Source of the DNA: Kofleriaceae bacterium
GTDB taxonomy: Bacteria; Myxococcota_A; Polyangia; Haliangiales; Haliangiaceae
Direction: 5' to 3'
Assembly (NCBI GenBank): GCA_965215005.1
Contig: CBDCCZ010000040.1
Coordinates: forward strand, 1-64,000
DNA length: 64,000 bases
The notes under the pieces were generated by a model. It was given only the letters and a program-made list of their open reading frames with translations. It ran no database searches and was not told the DNA's origin. Positions 48,040-58,285 of the stretch are shown in pieces. Within the stretch, counting starts at the first letter, position 1. The number at the start of each line of letters is the position of its first letter. The position numbers and the translations under genes are program-made.

Positions 48040-48568
48040 GGTGAGCGTCGCCGACGGAGAATTCAGCCCCGAGCCCGTCTACCTTCCGGCAGCCGCCGAG
48101 CCAGAAATCTGGCTGGCGGCCGCTGGAGCGAGTTATGGCCGATCCGGCTGCCAGAGAATGGATTGAGTGGGATCGGCCACGAGTTCGGCTGAAGCGTTCC
48201 CCCGGAGTCGCGACTGCGCGGGTTCCAGTTTGGAGACCGTTCTCGAGGCATTCAAGTAGAGGCCTCCGATCGCCAACCGAGCGGCGTCGATGCCGCGGCG
48301 CGAGCTGCAGCGGCTCTCCGCCACGACCTTCGATACACTCGAGCGAGTACCGCGCAAACTGCAAGTGCAGCTACGCGAGCTCGACGCCGTCACTTCGTCA
48401 AGCGATGCGCCAACGTGCTCGCCTTGGACTAGAGAGCTGATCAGGAACCCCGTAGCGTAGAAGGCCGCCGCGGGGGCGGCGTTGCCGCGGTCGGCCCGAT
48501 CCACGGTGACGTACCAGACGAAGCGGGATCGACATCGGGATCCGACTGTGATCTAAACGGCTTCGGAG

Positions 48569-49430
48569 GTGGTCATGGCCGACTCGTGGAACGCGCCGGT
48601 GGAACTCTCGGCTGAGGAAGCTGCGGTATCGAAGCTGTGCAAGAAGCAGAAACTCTGGAGTTTCTTGCGCACGCACCGTCACAGGATCCTCGATGAGGAG
48701 GTGCGCGCAGCGCTCGCAAAGATGTACCCCCCGGATCCTCGTGGCGGTAGGCCGCCAGCATCGCCGGAGCGCCGCGCTTTGGCGATGCTGCTGCAGGCTG
48801 GCTTCGGGGTGGCGGACCACGAGGTTCCGACGCTCACGGCGGTTGATCGCCGCTGGCAAATGGTCCTGGACTGCATGGGTGTGACCGAGCCAGTGCTCTC
48901 GCAGGGGACGGTGTTCGACTTTCGCGAGCGCGCCCGCAAGAACGGCCTGATGACGCTGCTGCTGAATAAAACCATCGAGCTGGCGCGAACGAGCAAGGGA
49001 TTCGATCACAAGCGGCTGCGCGCGATCTTCGACTCCAGCCCGCTCGTAGGAGCGGGACGCGTGGAGGACCTTCAATCTGCTGAGGCGCGCAATCGCCCAG
49101 CTGCTGGAGGTTGCGGCCGAGAAAGGATCGGTTGACGCGGCCGAGATCGCGAGCGAGCTAGAGGTCTCTGTATTCGGCGCGAGCAGCGTCAAGGCCGTGC
49201 CCGATGTCGACTGGCGTGAGCGCAGCGCGCGCTCCGCTGCATTATCTGCGCTGCTCGGGCAATCGAGCGGCTACGTGATTGGCTGCAGGATCGGTTTGAC
49301 GCGGACGCATTGCAGCGCCCGCCACTGTCGGAGAGCATCGAGACCATCGAGCGAATCATCGAGCAAGATACGGAGCCCGATCCGGATCCACGCCCTGGCG
49401 AAGCCCGCCGCCTTCGCCACACCGCGACCA
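48569..49430 (+). pseudogene. IS1182-like transposase remnant (frameshifted, truncated)
   Basis: FLRTHRHRILD..GRPP..LAMLLQ..RWQMVLDC..SQGTVFDFRER..DSSPLVGAGRVED. Confidence 0.75.
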
Positions 49431-49545
49431 TTCAGCCGGCGAACAACGGGGGTATGAGGCCACCGGCGCGCTCATGGACGCCATTGAGAACAAGGGTCAG
49501 CGCTCTAGTACCCGGCCACAGGGAAGATGATCGATTCAGGCACCT

Positions 49546-49800
49546 TCACCGAAGGGTGGGGAGATGCTCGGGGCGGACCAGTAGCTCAATGCTTCGAGCC
49601 GTGCGCGGCGTTCGGCGGATCAACCCCTTGCGCTCGAGCTCTCTCACCATTCTGTGCACGGTAGGCGGCGTCACGTCGAAGAAGCGCTGCATGTCAGCTT
49701 CGGCTGGTGGCCGTCGGTTGAGCTTGGTGTAGGAGTGAATAAAGGCCAGGTATTGGCCCTGTAACGGGGTGAAGTTGGCGCAATTCGTCTGCGATGGGAT
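49546..49800 (-). pseudogene. LexA-DBD/MarR-like winged-helix regulator, 5' end lost at the IS3 junction
   Basis: Manual translation FTPLQGQYLAFIHSYTKLNRRPPAEADMQRFFDVTPPTVHRMVRELERKGLIRRTPRTARSIELL; absent from the ORF track. Confidence 0.8.
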
Positions 49801-51036
49801 TGGAGTTGCCCCGATTGAGTGGACAGGTTCGACTGCTTACCCGGCCCGCAACTCGTATTCAAGCGGAGTCGCGTAGTCGAGGTATGAGTGACGCCGCCGC
49901 ACATTGTAGTAGTCGTCGATGTACGTGGCGATGCTGAGCCTGGTCTCGCGGCGGCTCTTGAGCGGCTCGGGGCTCAACAGCTCCTTTTCGAGCGTCGCGA
50001 AGATGCTCTCGGCGACGGCGTTGTCCCAGCAGTCGGCCTTGCGGCTCATGCTCGGAACGATGCCCGCCGCTTTGAGCGAAGCGTGGTATTCGTCGCTCGC
50101 GTAGCGGCAATCGCGGTCGGTGTGGGGGATGAGACCGACGGCCGGCCGGCGCGTCTCCAACGCCATCTGGAGCGCGCTGACGGCCAATTCGGTGTCGATG
50201 TGGTCGGACATGGCCCAGCCGACGATGCGCCGCGAGAACAGGTCCACGAGCATCGCCAGGTAGAGCCAGCCGTCGAGCGTGGGCACGTAGGTGATGTCGC
50301 CGACCCAGGCCTGATCGCGAGCCGCCGCTGAGAAATCTCGCTGCAGCAGGTTGGGGGCGATGCGGTAGCCATGGCGCGAATTCGTCGTCTGGCGAAACCG
50401 CCGCGGAGAACGTCCTCGGAGGCCCTGCTGGCGCATTAGGCGGGCGACCCGCTTGCGGCCGACCCGGTGGCCGCGTTCGCGTAGCTCACGATGAACGCGT
50501 GGGCTGCCGTAGCGGCCCTTGTGCTCGCGATGGATGGCGCGCACCTCGGCCGCCAGCTGCGCGTCTCTCTTGCTTCGCTTGGACGCCTTGAGCCGCGCCA
50601 GCGGTAATAGCCACTGCGCGACACGCCCGCGACACGGCACGAGAACGACACGGGAAACGAAGCCCTCTCCGCGTGAATCAGCTCGTACACGACTACTTCA
50701 CGTCCTTGGCGAACAGGGCCGCGCATTTTTTTAAGAAGGCGTTCTCCTGCTCCAGCTCGCGCAGGCGCCGACGCAGCTTTTCGACCTCCTCGCGCTCGTC
50801 CTGCGACGTTGCTCCGCCGCTGAGCTCACTGCCGTACCGCTGCTGCCAACGGTGCAGCATACTTGGACTCACCCCGACCGAAGTCGCGACCTCAGGGATG
50901 GTGCGTGTGCCCGTCCCAGCAACAGGCGCACCGCATCCTTCTTGAATTCTTCCGTGTACTTCTTCCGCTTCAACATCGGTGGATCTCCTCGGACCGTAGT
51001 CCCTAACGAGGTGTCCACCAAATCGGGGCAGCTTCA
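49801..51036 (-). mobile_element. IS3-family insertion sequence (orfA/orfB, frameshifted)
   Basis: Inverted repeats TGGAGTTGCCCCGATTGAGTGGACA / TGAAGCTGCCCCGATTTGGTGGACA; orf[20 protein letters not shown] with A7 slip site; orfB WVGDITY..DLFSRRIVGW..CWDNAVAES. Confidence 0.93.
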
Positions 51037-51340
51037 CCTCACCGTTGCGCTGGCCACGAATCCCCAAGTCATCTCCGACGACGCTGAGGACGTACTGCTC
51101 CATCGCGCCTTCATTCTTGAGGTAGAGCTCGCTCTTGCCGCGCTTCACTTTGTAGAGCGGCGGCTGCGCGATGTAGACGGGGCCGTGCTCGAACAGCTCG
51201 GGAAACTGCCGGAAGAAGAACGTGAGCAAGAGCGTGCGGATGTGGGAGCCGTCGACGTCGGCGTCCGTCATGATGATGATGCGGTGGTAGCGGAGCTTGC
51301 CCAGGTCCTTCTCCACGCCAATCCCACAGCCTAGAGCGCA
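51037..51340 (-). pseudogene. gyrB: internal fragment of DNA gyrase subunit B (TOPRIM C-terminal part)
   Basis: [56 protein letters not shown]. Confidence 0.9.
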
Positions 51341-51524
51341 TAGCTCCGATGCTCGCTCTACTTTTTCGTCGTCGTTTCTGACTTGCGATCCGTGTTCTGC
51401 GAAGCGCTCGCTCTCATCTGAAGCTCGGCGCGTGCTTCAACGCTCGCTCGATATTCAGGTCGTTGGTCGAATCGTGCGGCGGCTGCCCTCACGATCTCCA
51501 TCAATGGCGTTTTGTTCGTCGTGC

Positions 51525-53078
51525 TCATGTTGTGCCCCTTGGTTCAGACATGTCAGACATGCGGCTCTCGAGAAGCTTGAGCGCTTCTTCTTCCTTCTCC
51601 AGATACGAATTTGGAGAAGCGGACTTTCTAGGCATCTGGTTGATTCGCTGGACTTCCCAATCCACCCACTTGTTCCCGTCTCGACGATTCGGAGCGGTGA
51701 AGGCATCCACGTAGAGTCGAGGCGCGATTCCGGTGAATGCGCGGAATGGAACCTTCCCGTTGGCTTCGCGATCCACAACGATCGAATCCTGGAACATCTC
51801 GGGGACGCGGCTCTTCGGATAGGGATCGATGAAGTAGACCTCGCTGATACCGACGACGACGATGTGGCGTGCACACTCGTGACAAGGGAACGCGGTCGAG
51901 TACATCACGCATCCATCGATCGAGACGCCTCGTCTTGCTGCGGAAGATAGAGCCGCCATCTCTGCGTGGACGGCCCGCATGAACTCGATGATGTCGCGAA
52001 GCAGGGCCTTCTCCGTGAGCGACGGAGGATCGTCTTGCCCCTTCGGCATCTTCTTGAGGACGCTCTCGCTCTCGACCTGTTTCAACAACGCGGCGAGAGG
52101 GAGCTTAGCGAGCTCGTCCTTGAGCCAGCCCTTCTGCCGAAGGCGTGCGATGAGGTCTGCGAGGATGTTCTCGGTGAGCGCCGCGGTGGAATCGAAGGAC
52201 CAATGGTGGTCCCGGTCATCCGGCACATCCCCTTCCCAATACTGGCCACCGTGCGCCTTGGGGACTTCATTCGTACCCATCGAGACGGCATCTCCGTCCT
52301 TGGTCGCGATGCAGGCGCCCACCTGCCGACCGGGCGAGGCGGAGCGCAAGGACGCCCCGTGCGCGTAGAACATCCCAAGCTCTTGCTTGGTTGGTGTGCG
52401 GAACGGATGCGCGAACAGGATTTCAACGAAACGGGTGGCGGACGCCTTGAGCGCCTCGCTGTCCCGGCCGTCGAGAAAGACGTCTGCGAGTGGAAACGTA
52501 TCGCGCAGATTCTGGCCGTTCTCGACGCCGCGCTCGCTCTCGTCGCGAAGGATAAGCGCTTCCGCCTGAGCACGAAAGCCGTCCGAGGCGGAGTGATGGG
52601 AGCGCGCTATCTGGCGCGCCAACGTGTCGAGCTGAACGTCCCGGGAGGCGTAGGTGGCGACGATGTAACAGCTACTGCCATAGACCTCGCGGAGCTTCTT
52701 CACCTCGTCGGGGGTCTTGAGCGACCGGATCAGGTATGCTGCGCGAGGGATGGGCCTATCTGCCTGGCCATTTCGTTCATGCCGTTGCCGCTGAATGTCC
52801 CCGACCGTGACAAGCGAGAGGCCATCTAGGCCGATCGCGGCACGGACGTCGTTGCCGAAGGTCATGCGTGCGTTTGCACGCTCGTCATATCGCGGCTCAT
52901 CCTTGAGGGACCACTTGCCGAGCGCCGCAGCCGCGTCGATTACGTTGATCTCGATCGCCTCGTAGCTAACGGCGTGCAGAGCAGATCGCAGAGCAGCGGC
53001 CACGGCATGCAGGTCGACGCCAACCGGAGCGACCAAGCCGAGCACGAGTTCAGGTCCGTCTGGAGCTGCCGTAGCCAT
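51525..53078 (-). CDS. anti-phage dCTP deaminase (AvcD-like; P-loop kinase-like plus deaminase domain)
   Basis: ELVLGLVAPVG..IRSLKTPDEV..RQVGA..GTNEVPK.GGQYW..VHAE..FPCHECARHI..PYPKS; intact 517 aa. Confidence 0.9.
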   Translation of the reverse strand: MATAAPDGPELVLGLVAPVGVDLHAVAAALRSALHAVSYEAIEINVIDAAAALGKWSLKDEPRYDERANARMTFGNDVRAAIGLDGLSLVTVGDIQRQRHERNGQADRPIPRAAYLIRSLKTPDEVKKLREVYGSSCYIVATYASRDVQLDTLARQIARSHHSASDGFRAQAEALILRDESERGVENGQNLRDTFPLADVFLDGRDSEALKASATRFVEILFAHPFRTPTKQELGMFYAHGASLRSASPGRQVGACIATKDGDAVSMGTNEVPKAHGGQYWEGDVPDDRDHHWSFDSTAALTENILADLIARLRQKGWLKDELAKLPLAALLKQVESESVLKKMPKGQDDPPSLTEKALLRDIIEFMRAVHAEMAALSSAARRGVSIDGCVMYSTAFPCHECARHIVVVGISEVYFIDPYPKSRVPEMFQDSIVVDREANGKVPFRAFTGIAPRLYVDAFTAPNRRDGNKWVDWEVQRINQMPRKSASPNSYLEKEEEALKLLESRMSDMSEPRGTT

Positions 53079-53206
53079 GGGAAAAGCAGGCGAACCTACG
53101 TAGAGGGTCCGACACTATCAATCGATGCGCAAGAAAAGCCAAGAAAATCCATGATCTCCGAGCAGATCTCCCTGATCGTGATCGCACACTGTGCGTCCAA
53201 GTGCGA

Positions 53207-54240
53207 TCACGATCGTGGCCGCGTCCGATACCAGTCGCGTAGGGCATCGCGGAGCGCCTTGGCCGTCGGCCGATCCTTCCCTGCTGGAAGCAGGCAGGCG
53301 TGCAGCAGCTTCCGCATTTGAGGGCCGAGATCGAAGCTGTCGATCTCGGCATCTGCTCCGACACCTCTGGGTGTATGCCCAGCGTGCAGCCAGAACCAGA
53401 CAGCTCCTAGCGAGTACACATCAACCGCCGGGTCGGTTGTCTTCGCGTTCTCCAACAGCTCCGGTGAGGTGAACGCATCGCCGAAGTGGTCGGTCGTCTT
53501 CGTGAGACGGGCCCGGCTGATCGCCTCCTCGACCAGGATGCCGAGGCCGAAGTCGATCAGTCGTACCTCCTCATCCATCGAGAGGAGGATGTTCGAAGGC
53601 TTGATGTCGCGGTGGATGATCGATCGCGAGTGAGCGTGTTCGATCGCGGCCGCGACTTTGCCGACGAGCATTAACGCATCCTCCGAACTGAACGGGCGAT
53701 GCTCGCGGGCCTTGTTCAGGTTGAAGCCGTCGAAGAACTCCATCTTGATGAAGGGGCGCCCGTCGTGCATCTCACCCGCGTCATAGACACGCACGATGTT
53801 CTCGTGGCGCAGGCGGAACAGGAGCCCGGCTTCACGAGTGAACCGTGCGCGTGCATCTGCGTAGGAAAGACCGGGGGTAGGGCTCGAATACCTTCAACGC
53901 GAAGTCGATCTCAAGCTTCGGGTCCTTCGCGCGGAATACGACGCCAAAGCCGCCGCGCCCGATCTCCGTCTACGTTGTGGGAGTCGGTGGCGCGCTCGCG
54001 GGAACGCCGGCAAGTTCAATTTGTGGGGTCGTCGTGAGGATGCCACCGTCGAGAAATGTGACCCTTTTCTTTGCGAGCACGGTCCGAATCTTCGTCTTCG
54101 CTTCGTCCCGGTACGGGTTCGTGTCCTCGAAGATCGGCGTGAGCAAACGGGCGAGGCCATCCCAGTGGTCGAAGTTAGGATCGTCTTGTGCGGTCCGTAG
54201 CCACGCTTTGACCTTCTCCTCCTTGTTCAGGGCGCATAGG
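53207..54240 (-). pseudogene. Ser/Thr protein kinase with Abi-like N-terminal domain (in-frame TAG at 53970, frameshift near 53875)
   Basis: IGRGGFGVV..ALKVF..FTREAGLL..HENIVRVYD..IIHRDIKPSNIL..DFGLG..DVYSLG. Confidence 0.8.
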
Positions 54241-54518
54241 AGTTCCCACAGAAGCCGTCCTACGCGCAGAAGTTCCGCCCTGCGAGCACGTTCGAGTTCT
54301 GGTACAGTACGCGGTTGCAGGACGGTGGTCCCGAGCATCTGCGCTTCGACCTGCCCCTCGTGGACAATGTCCCTGAGGGGCAAAGGCCCGCCGAGTGCGG
54401 TCGAAGCTGCCGCCGCGGCCGGCGCCTTGGTTCAAGGAGGGGTTCAAGGAGCTGAGCATGAGCAGAGCATAGGGATTTTTGCTGGGATTCGGGCAGAAGG
54501 ATTCGCCGATCCGAATCA

Positions 54519-54985
54519 CTAGAACGGCAAGTCCGAGACGGTGTAGAGGCCCGGCGCGATCTGGTCGAGGTGTGTGAGGACGCGACAGGCGTCACTCGTC
54601 GACAGGACCGCACCATCCGAGCTGGCTCCGAGCTCGACCAGCAGCACTGACGCACTCAACCACGCGCCCATCGTGATTGCGTGCTGGTGGCCGCTCTCGT
54701 TCTCGGGATCGACCTCGAACACCCACGGGTTGGCGTTGCCGGCGTGGTCGCAGTAGCACCAGGCGCTCTCATGCTCGGTCGCCGCGAACGGAAAGATGGG
54801 CGGTGGGCCAAGCTCGTTCATTAGTTCCTGGTGCGCCGCGAGCCTGCGGTGCCACCGCTCGCCATCGTCGAGCAGCTCGAGGCCGAGCTGCTCGCGGAAG
54901 CGCTGTGTGTCGCGCGACAAGAGTTCCAGCAACATGACCGGAAGCGCCACCTCGACCTCCGCCTCGAGCTTTCGCGCCGCGCTCG
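54519..54985 (-). pseudogene. truncated hypothetical protein, possibly SMI1/KNR4 (SUKH)-like
   Basis: ARKLEAEVEVALPVMLLELL..FPFAATEH..PWVFEVD fused in frame behind the IstA fragment. Confidence 0.4.
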
Positions 54986-55889
54986 CGGTCGGGTTGATGT
55001 CGGGTTCGTAGAAGCAGGGCTTGGTGACGCCGGACTTCAGGTTGTCGGGAACCCAGACGGCCGTGTTGCCGCCGAGGTACTCGCAGCAGCGGATGTGCGC
55101 GCCAACCCAGCTCCGCAGGTCCTCGCCGGCGACGACCTCGGTGTAGATGAAGTTGCTTGCCCCGAGCGCCGCGACGAACACCGACGCCTCGGTAACCTCA
55201 CCGGTGTCGGCGTCGACGATCGACACGGTCATTCCGGCGTAGTCGACGAAGAGCTTGTCGCCGGGGGGCGTGCGTCTGCCGCATGACCGGCTCGAGCTGG
55301 CCACGCCAACGCCGATAGCGGTCGCAGAACGCCGAAAACTGCAAACCCTCTTCACCGTGGTTCGCTCGGTACTCCTGCCAGAGTAGCTGGAGCGTCACCC
55401 CCTTGCGGCGCAGCTCCCGGTGGATGTACTGGTAGTCGGGCTCCGGGTACGTGCGCGTCTCGCCGCGCTCTCGGTACAGCAGGGCCTCGAGCTGCTCGTC
55501 GTCCAGCTCCGCCGGCAGCGGCCAGCCCAACCCGGCGACCTGCGCCCAGGCCACGCAGCTGTTCACCGTGCTCGGAGAGCACCGGACGCTGCGCGCAACG
55601 GCGCGCGACGGTAGCCCCAGGCCCCATCGAAGTCGTAGTATTTCGCGTGTCTTGCGCATGCTCAGTCTTCGCGCAGGCATCAGTGCCCTCCTTCAAGTCG
55701 GGAAAACTCGAGGGGGGCACTGTCCTCTTCGGGTCTGAGCAGCGCCGCTTCGCGCCCGTCGGGGCCGGCCTCTGTGATCGCCTTCGCCGGAATCCGTGAT
55801 CGGCTTGGCTGGAATCCGTGATCGCCTTGAGCCAGATTCAGCGATCGCCTTCAGCTGGAATCAGTGATCGGGATGGCGCGGATTACGCG
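54986..55889 (-). mobile_element. istA: IS21-family remnant (left end plus truncated istA)
   Basis: MPARRLSMRKTREILRL..GVTLQLLWQEY..PGDKLFVDYAG..FVAALGAS..VPDNLKSGV; five ~22-bp GTGATCG..GGAATC repeats at 55774-55885. Confidence 0.88.
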
Positions 55890-56774
55890 CGCTCGCACGT
55901 GTTGCAGCCGATCGAATGCGCGTTTCTTCACGCTCGGCGCCTTGCTTTAGGCGCGCTGACGGCAGCGTGCATCGCCGCTGTCACTCCCACGGCGCGGAGC
56001 CGATCGTGGCTATAGACGTGCCGGGGCGAGGACAAGTCCTATCCGCTCCGCGGTGCTTTGTGCACAGCTGGCCTCCGGCCGCCTGCGCAGTGGACACCGG
56101 ACTCGCCCCCCCTTGGGCAGCTCCCCTTCGTCGGTTGCCCCCATGACCACAGCCCCGACGGGCCCTTTAGAAGGGAAACAACAAGAACGAGAGCAGCATT
56201 CGCGGAGAGACCAACTCTTAGCTCATCACCGGCGAGAATGACCGTTCTCCGGCGAACGTGATTGACGCGGGTCCCCCGAGGGTGCACCGAGAGGAGTTGC
56301 GGCCCCTATGGCCTATGCAGAGCGTGGAGCGAGCCGGCCTGTCGCTCGGGTTGCTTTCCGGGGAAGGTTCTCATCTGGCGCCGACCGTAGTTTCGAGCAG
56401 GTTCGCGTCGAGCGCGGGTTCGCGCCGAGTGCAGGTTCTCGCTGACTGCAGTCCTCGTCTGGCGCGAGTTCGTGCCGAGCGTAGATTCTCCTGGCGCAGT
56501 TGTCGTCTGCCCTAGGTCTACGCCGGGCGCGAGTTAGCGCCGAGCGCAGCGCTGAGTCAGTACGCCTCTGGGCGCCGGCCGCCCGAGGCAGCATGTCGGA
56601 CGCGCGTGAGAACTCTGTCTGCCGAATCAAAATGAAGATCCGAGCTAACAAGGCGCACGGGGCTCCAGCCGCGAGGGAGCGTATCCGAGCAAGACCTGCG
56701 TCTGGGCAAAGCCAACGACGAACGGGAAGCCTCGTCGCAGGTTGCAAACCAGCCTGCGCTGCATTCCCAGCCGC

Positions 56775-58112
56775 TCAGCTCTCGAGCGCGGCCAGAAGCG
56801 TCCGCAGCGGCGCACCGGTCGCGCCTGCTCGACCGCCCGGCGCGTCCTGCGCCCAGTTCCAGGTCGAGGCAAAGATGTCGAAGTGCACCAGCGGGCAGTC
56901 GGTGAAGTGGCGCAAGAAGTGCGCGGCGTTGCGCGAACCAGCGCCGCGCGAGGCGTTGCCGGGCAGCCGCGCGGTGTTGCGCAGGTCGGCCTCGCGGTCG
57001 CGGTTGGCTTGCAGGTGCCAGATGCGCTCGGGGAAAAAGTGCAGATCCTCGCCGGTGGCATCCGCCGCGCGACCGAGTGCGGCGGCGAGCTCGGCATCGG
57101 CAAAGTGCACCGGCGTGGCATACGGACCATACGCAATGAGCGCCGCGGTGGTGAGAGTCGCAAAACATAGAACCTGCCGCGGCGACGCCACATCGGTCGC
57201 GTAAGCGAGCGCATCGGCGAGGATGAGGCGACCTTCGGCGTCGGTATGATCGACGCGAACGGTGGGCCCGCGATAACTCTTGACAACCGCACCGGGGCGC
57301 ATCGCATCGGGCCCGATGGCGTTCTCACAGGTCGGCACCACCAAGGTGAGCGGCCGCGGATATCCTGCCTCGACCAAGCCACGAAACAGCGCCACCGCCA
57401 GCGCCGCCCCCGCCATATCGTTCTTCATCATCGACACGAAGGACTCGTACGGCTTGACGTTGATGCCGCCGCTGTCGAACGTGATGCCTTTGCCAAGCAG
57501 AACCAGCGGCGGCTGCGACGCGCCGCTGGGACGATAGCGGGCGAGGATCAGCCGCGGCGGCGACACCCGGCTGCCCTGCCCCACCGCCAACAACAGCCGC
57601 AGCCCGCGCTCGCGCAACGTGTCTTCGGCAAGCACCTCTACCTCAACGTCATCGCGGCGAGCGGCCCAGTCGCTCACGTCGCGGGCGATCGCGATGCTGG
57701 TTCGAGTGCTGGGATCTTCATCGACCCAGTCGCGATACAGCTCCTCGAGCATTCCCACCCGCGCGACATACGCCGAGGCAGCTTCGCTACCGCCGATGCG
57801 CAGCTTGCCACGGCTACGGGCATAGAGATCGAGGGCCAGGGTGGTGAGAGTTTGCTCGTCGATGCCACGGCTGGTGAGCTCGACGGCGCCCACCCCGACC
57901 AGCGCGTCGACGCTTGCCACCAGCTGCTCGAAGAGCCAGCGCAGCTCGGCGCGAGGCCGCGCGGGCACGGCCCAGGTGAGCGTGACCACCTCGCCGAGCT
58001 CGAGCGCGGCAACGCCGTCGGCCGCGGCGCGCAGACGGCCCTCGGCTGGCACCCCAGCCGGGTCGCCTGTGAGATGGACGTGGAAGGGACGAGGGGGGGA
58101 GGCAAGCGACAT
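56775..58112 (-). CDS. M17 leucyl aminopeptidase family protein
   Basis: GKGITFDSGG..MKNDMAGAA..HTDAEGRLILADAL..ATLT. Confidence 0.93.
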   Translation of the reverse strand: MSLASPPRPFHVHLTGDPAGVPAEGRLRAAADGVAALELGEVVTLTWAVPARPRAELRWLFEQLVASVDALVGVGAVELTSRGIDEQTLTTLALDLYARSRGKLRIGGSEAASAYVARVGMLEELYRDWVDEDPSTRTSIAIARDVSDWAARRDDVEVEVLAEDTLRERGLRLLLAVGQGSRVSPPRLILARYRPSGASQPPLVLLGKGITFDSGGINVKPYESFVSMMKNDMAGAALAVALFRGLVEAGYPRPLTLVVPTCENAIGPDAMRPGAVVKSYRGPTVRVDHTDAEGRLILADALAYATDVASPRQVLCFATLTTAALIAYGPYATPVHFADAELAAALGRAADATGEDLHFFPERIWHLQANRDREADLRNTARLPGNASRGAGSRNAAHFLRHFTDCPLVHFDIFASTWNWAQDAPGGRAGATGAPLRTLLAALES

Positions 58113-58285
58113 GACGCGACGGTATCACCGACCGCCGCCGACTCCTCGGCAGCTCGCGCTGCCGCAACCTGCCGCAGTTTTTGTGAGCGGTGCCGCTCCA
58201 TCTGCTCGACAGACGATCTGCGGGCGCAACGGCGGTTGACAGAACCCGTGCAGATCGTGACCCTGCCCCTCGGAGAATCGCTTCC

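Noticed and set aside
48390..48540. Possible GNAT acetyltransferase remnant (NAAPAAAFYATGF)
   Set aside because: Motif too short to support a call.
50693..51316. Apparent GyrB-transposase fusion protein
   Set aside because: Chance read-through across the IS3 end plus a frameshift in orfA; not a real fusion.
54519..55355. IstA fused to a novel C-terminal domain
   Set aside because: Deletion junction between truncated istA and an unrelated gene remnant.
55774..55885. ~22-bp repeats as CRISPR or iterons
   Set aside because: They are the multiple terminal repeats typical of IS21 ends, directly upstream of istA.
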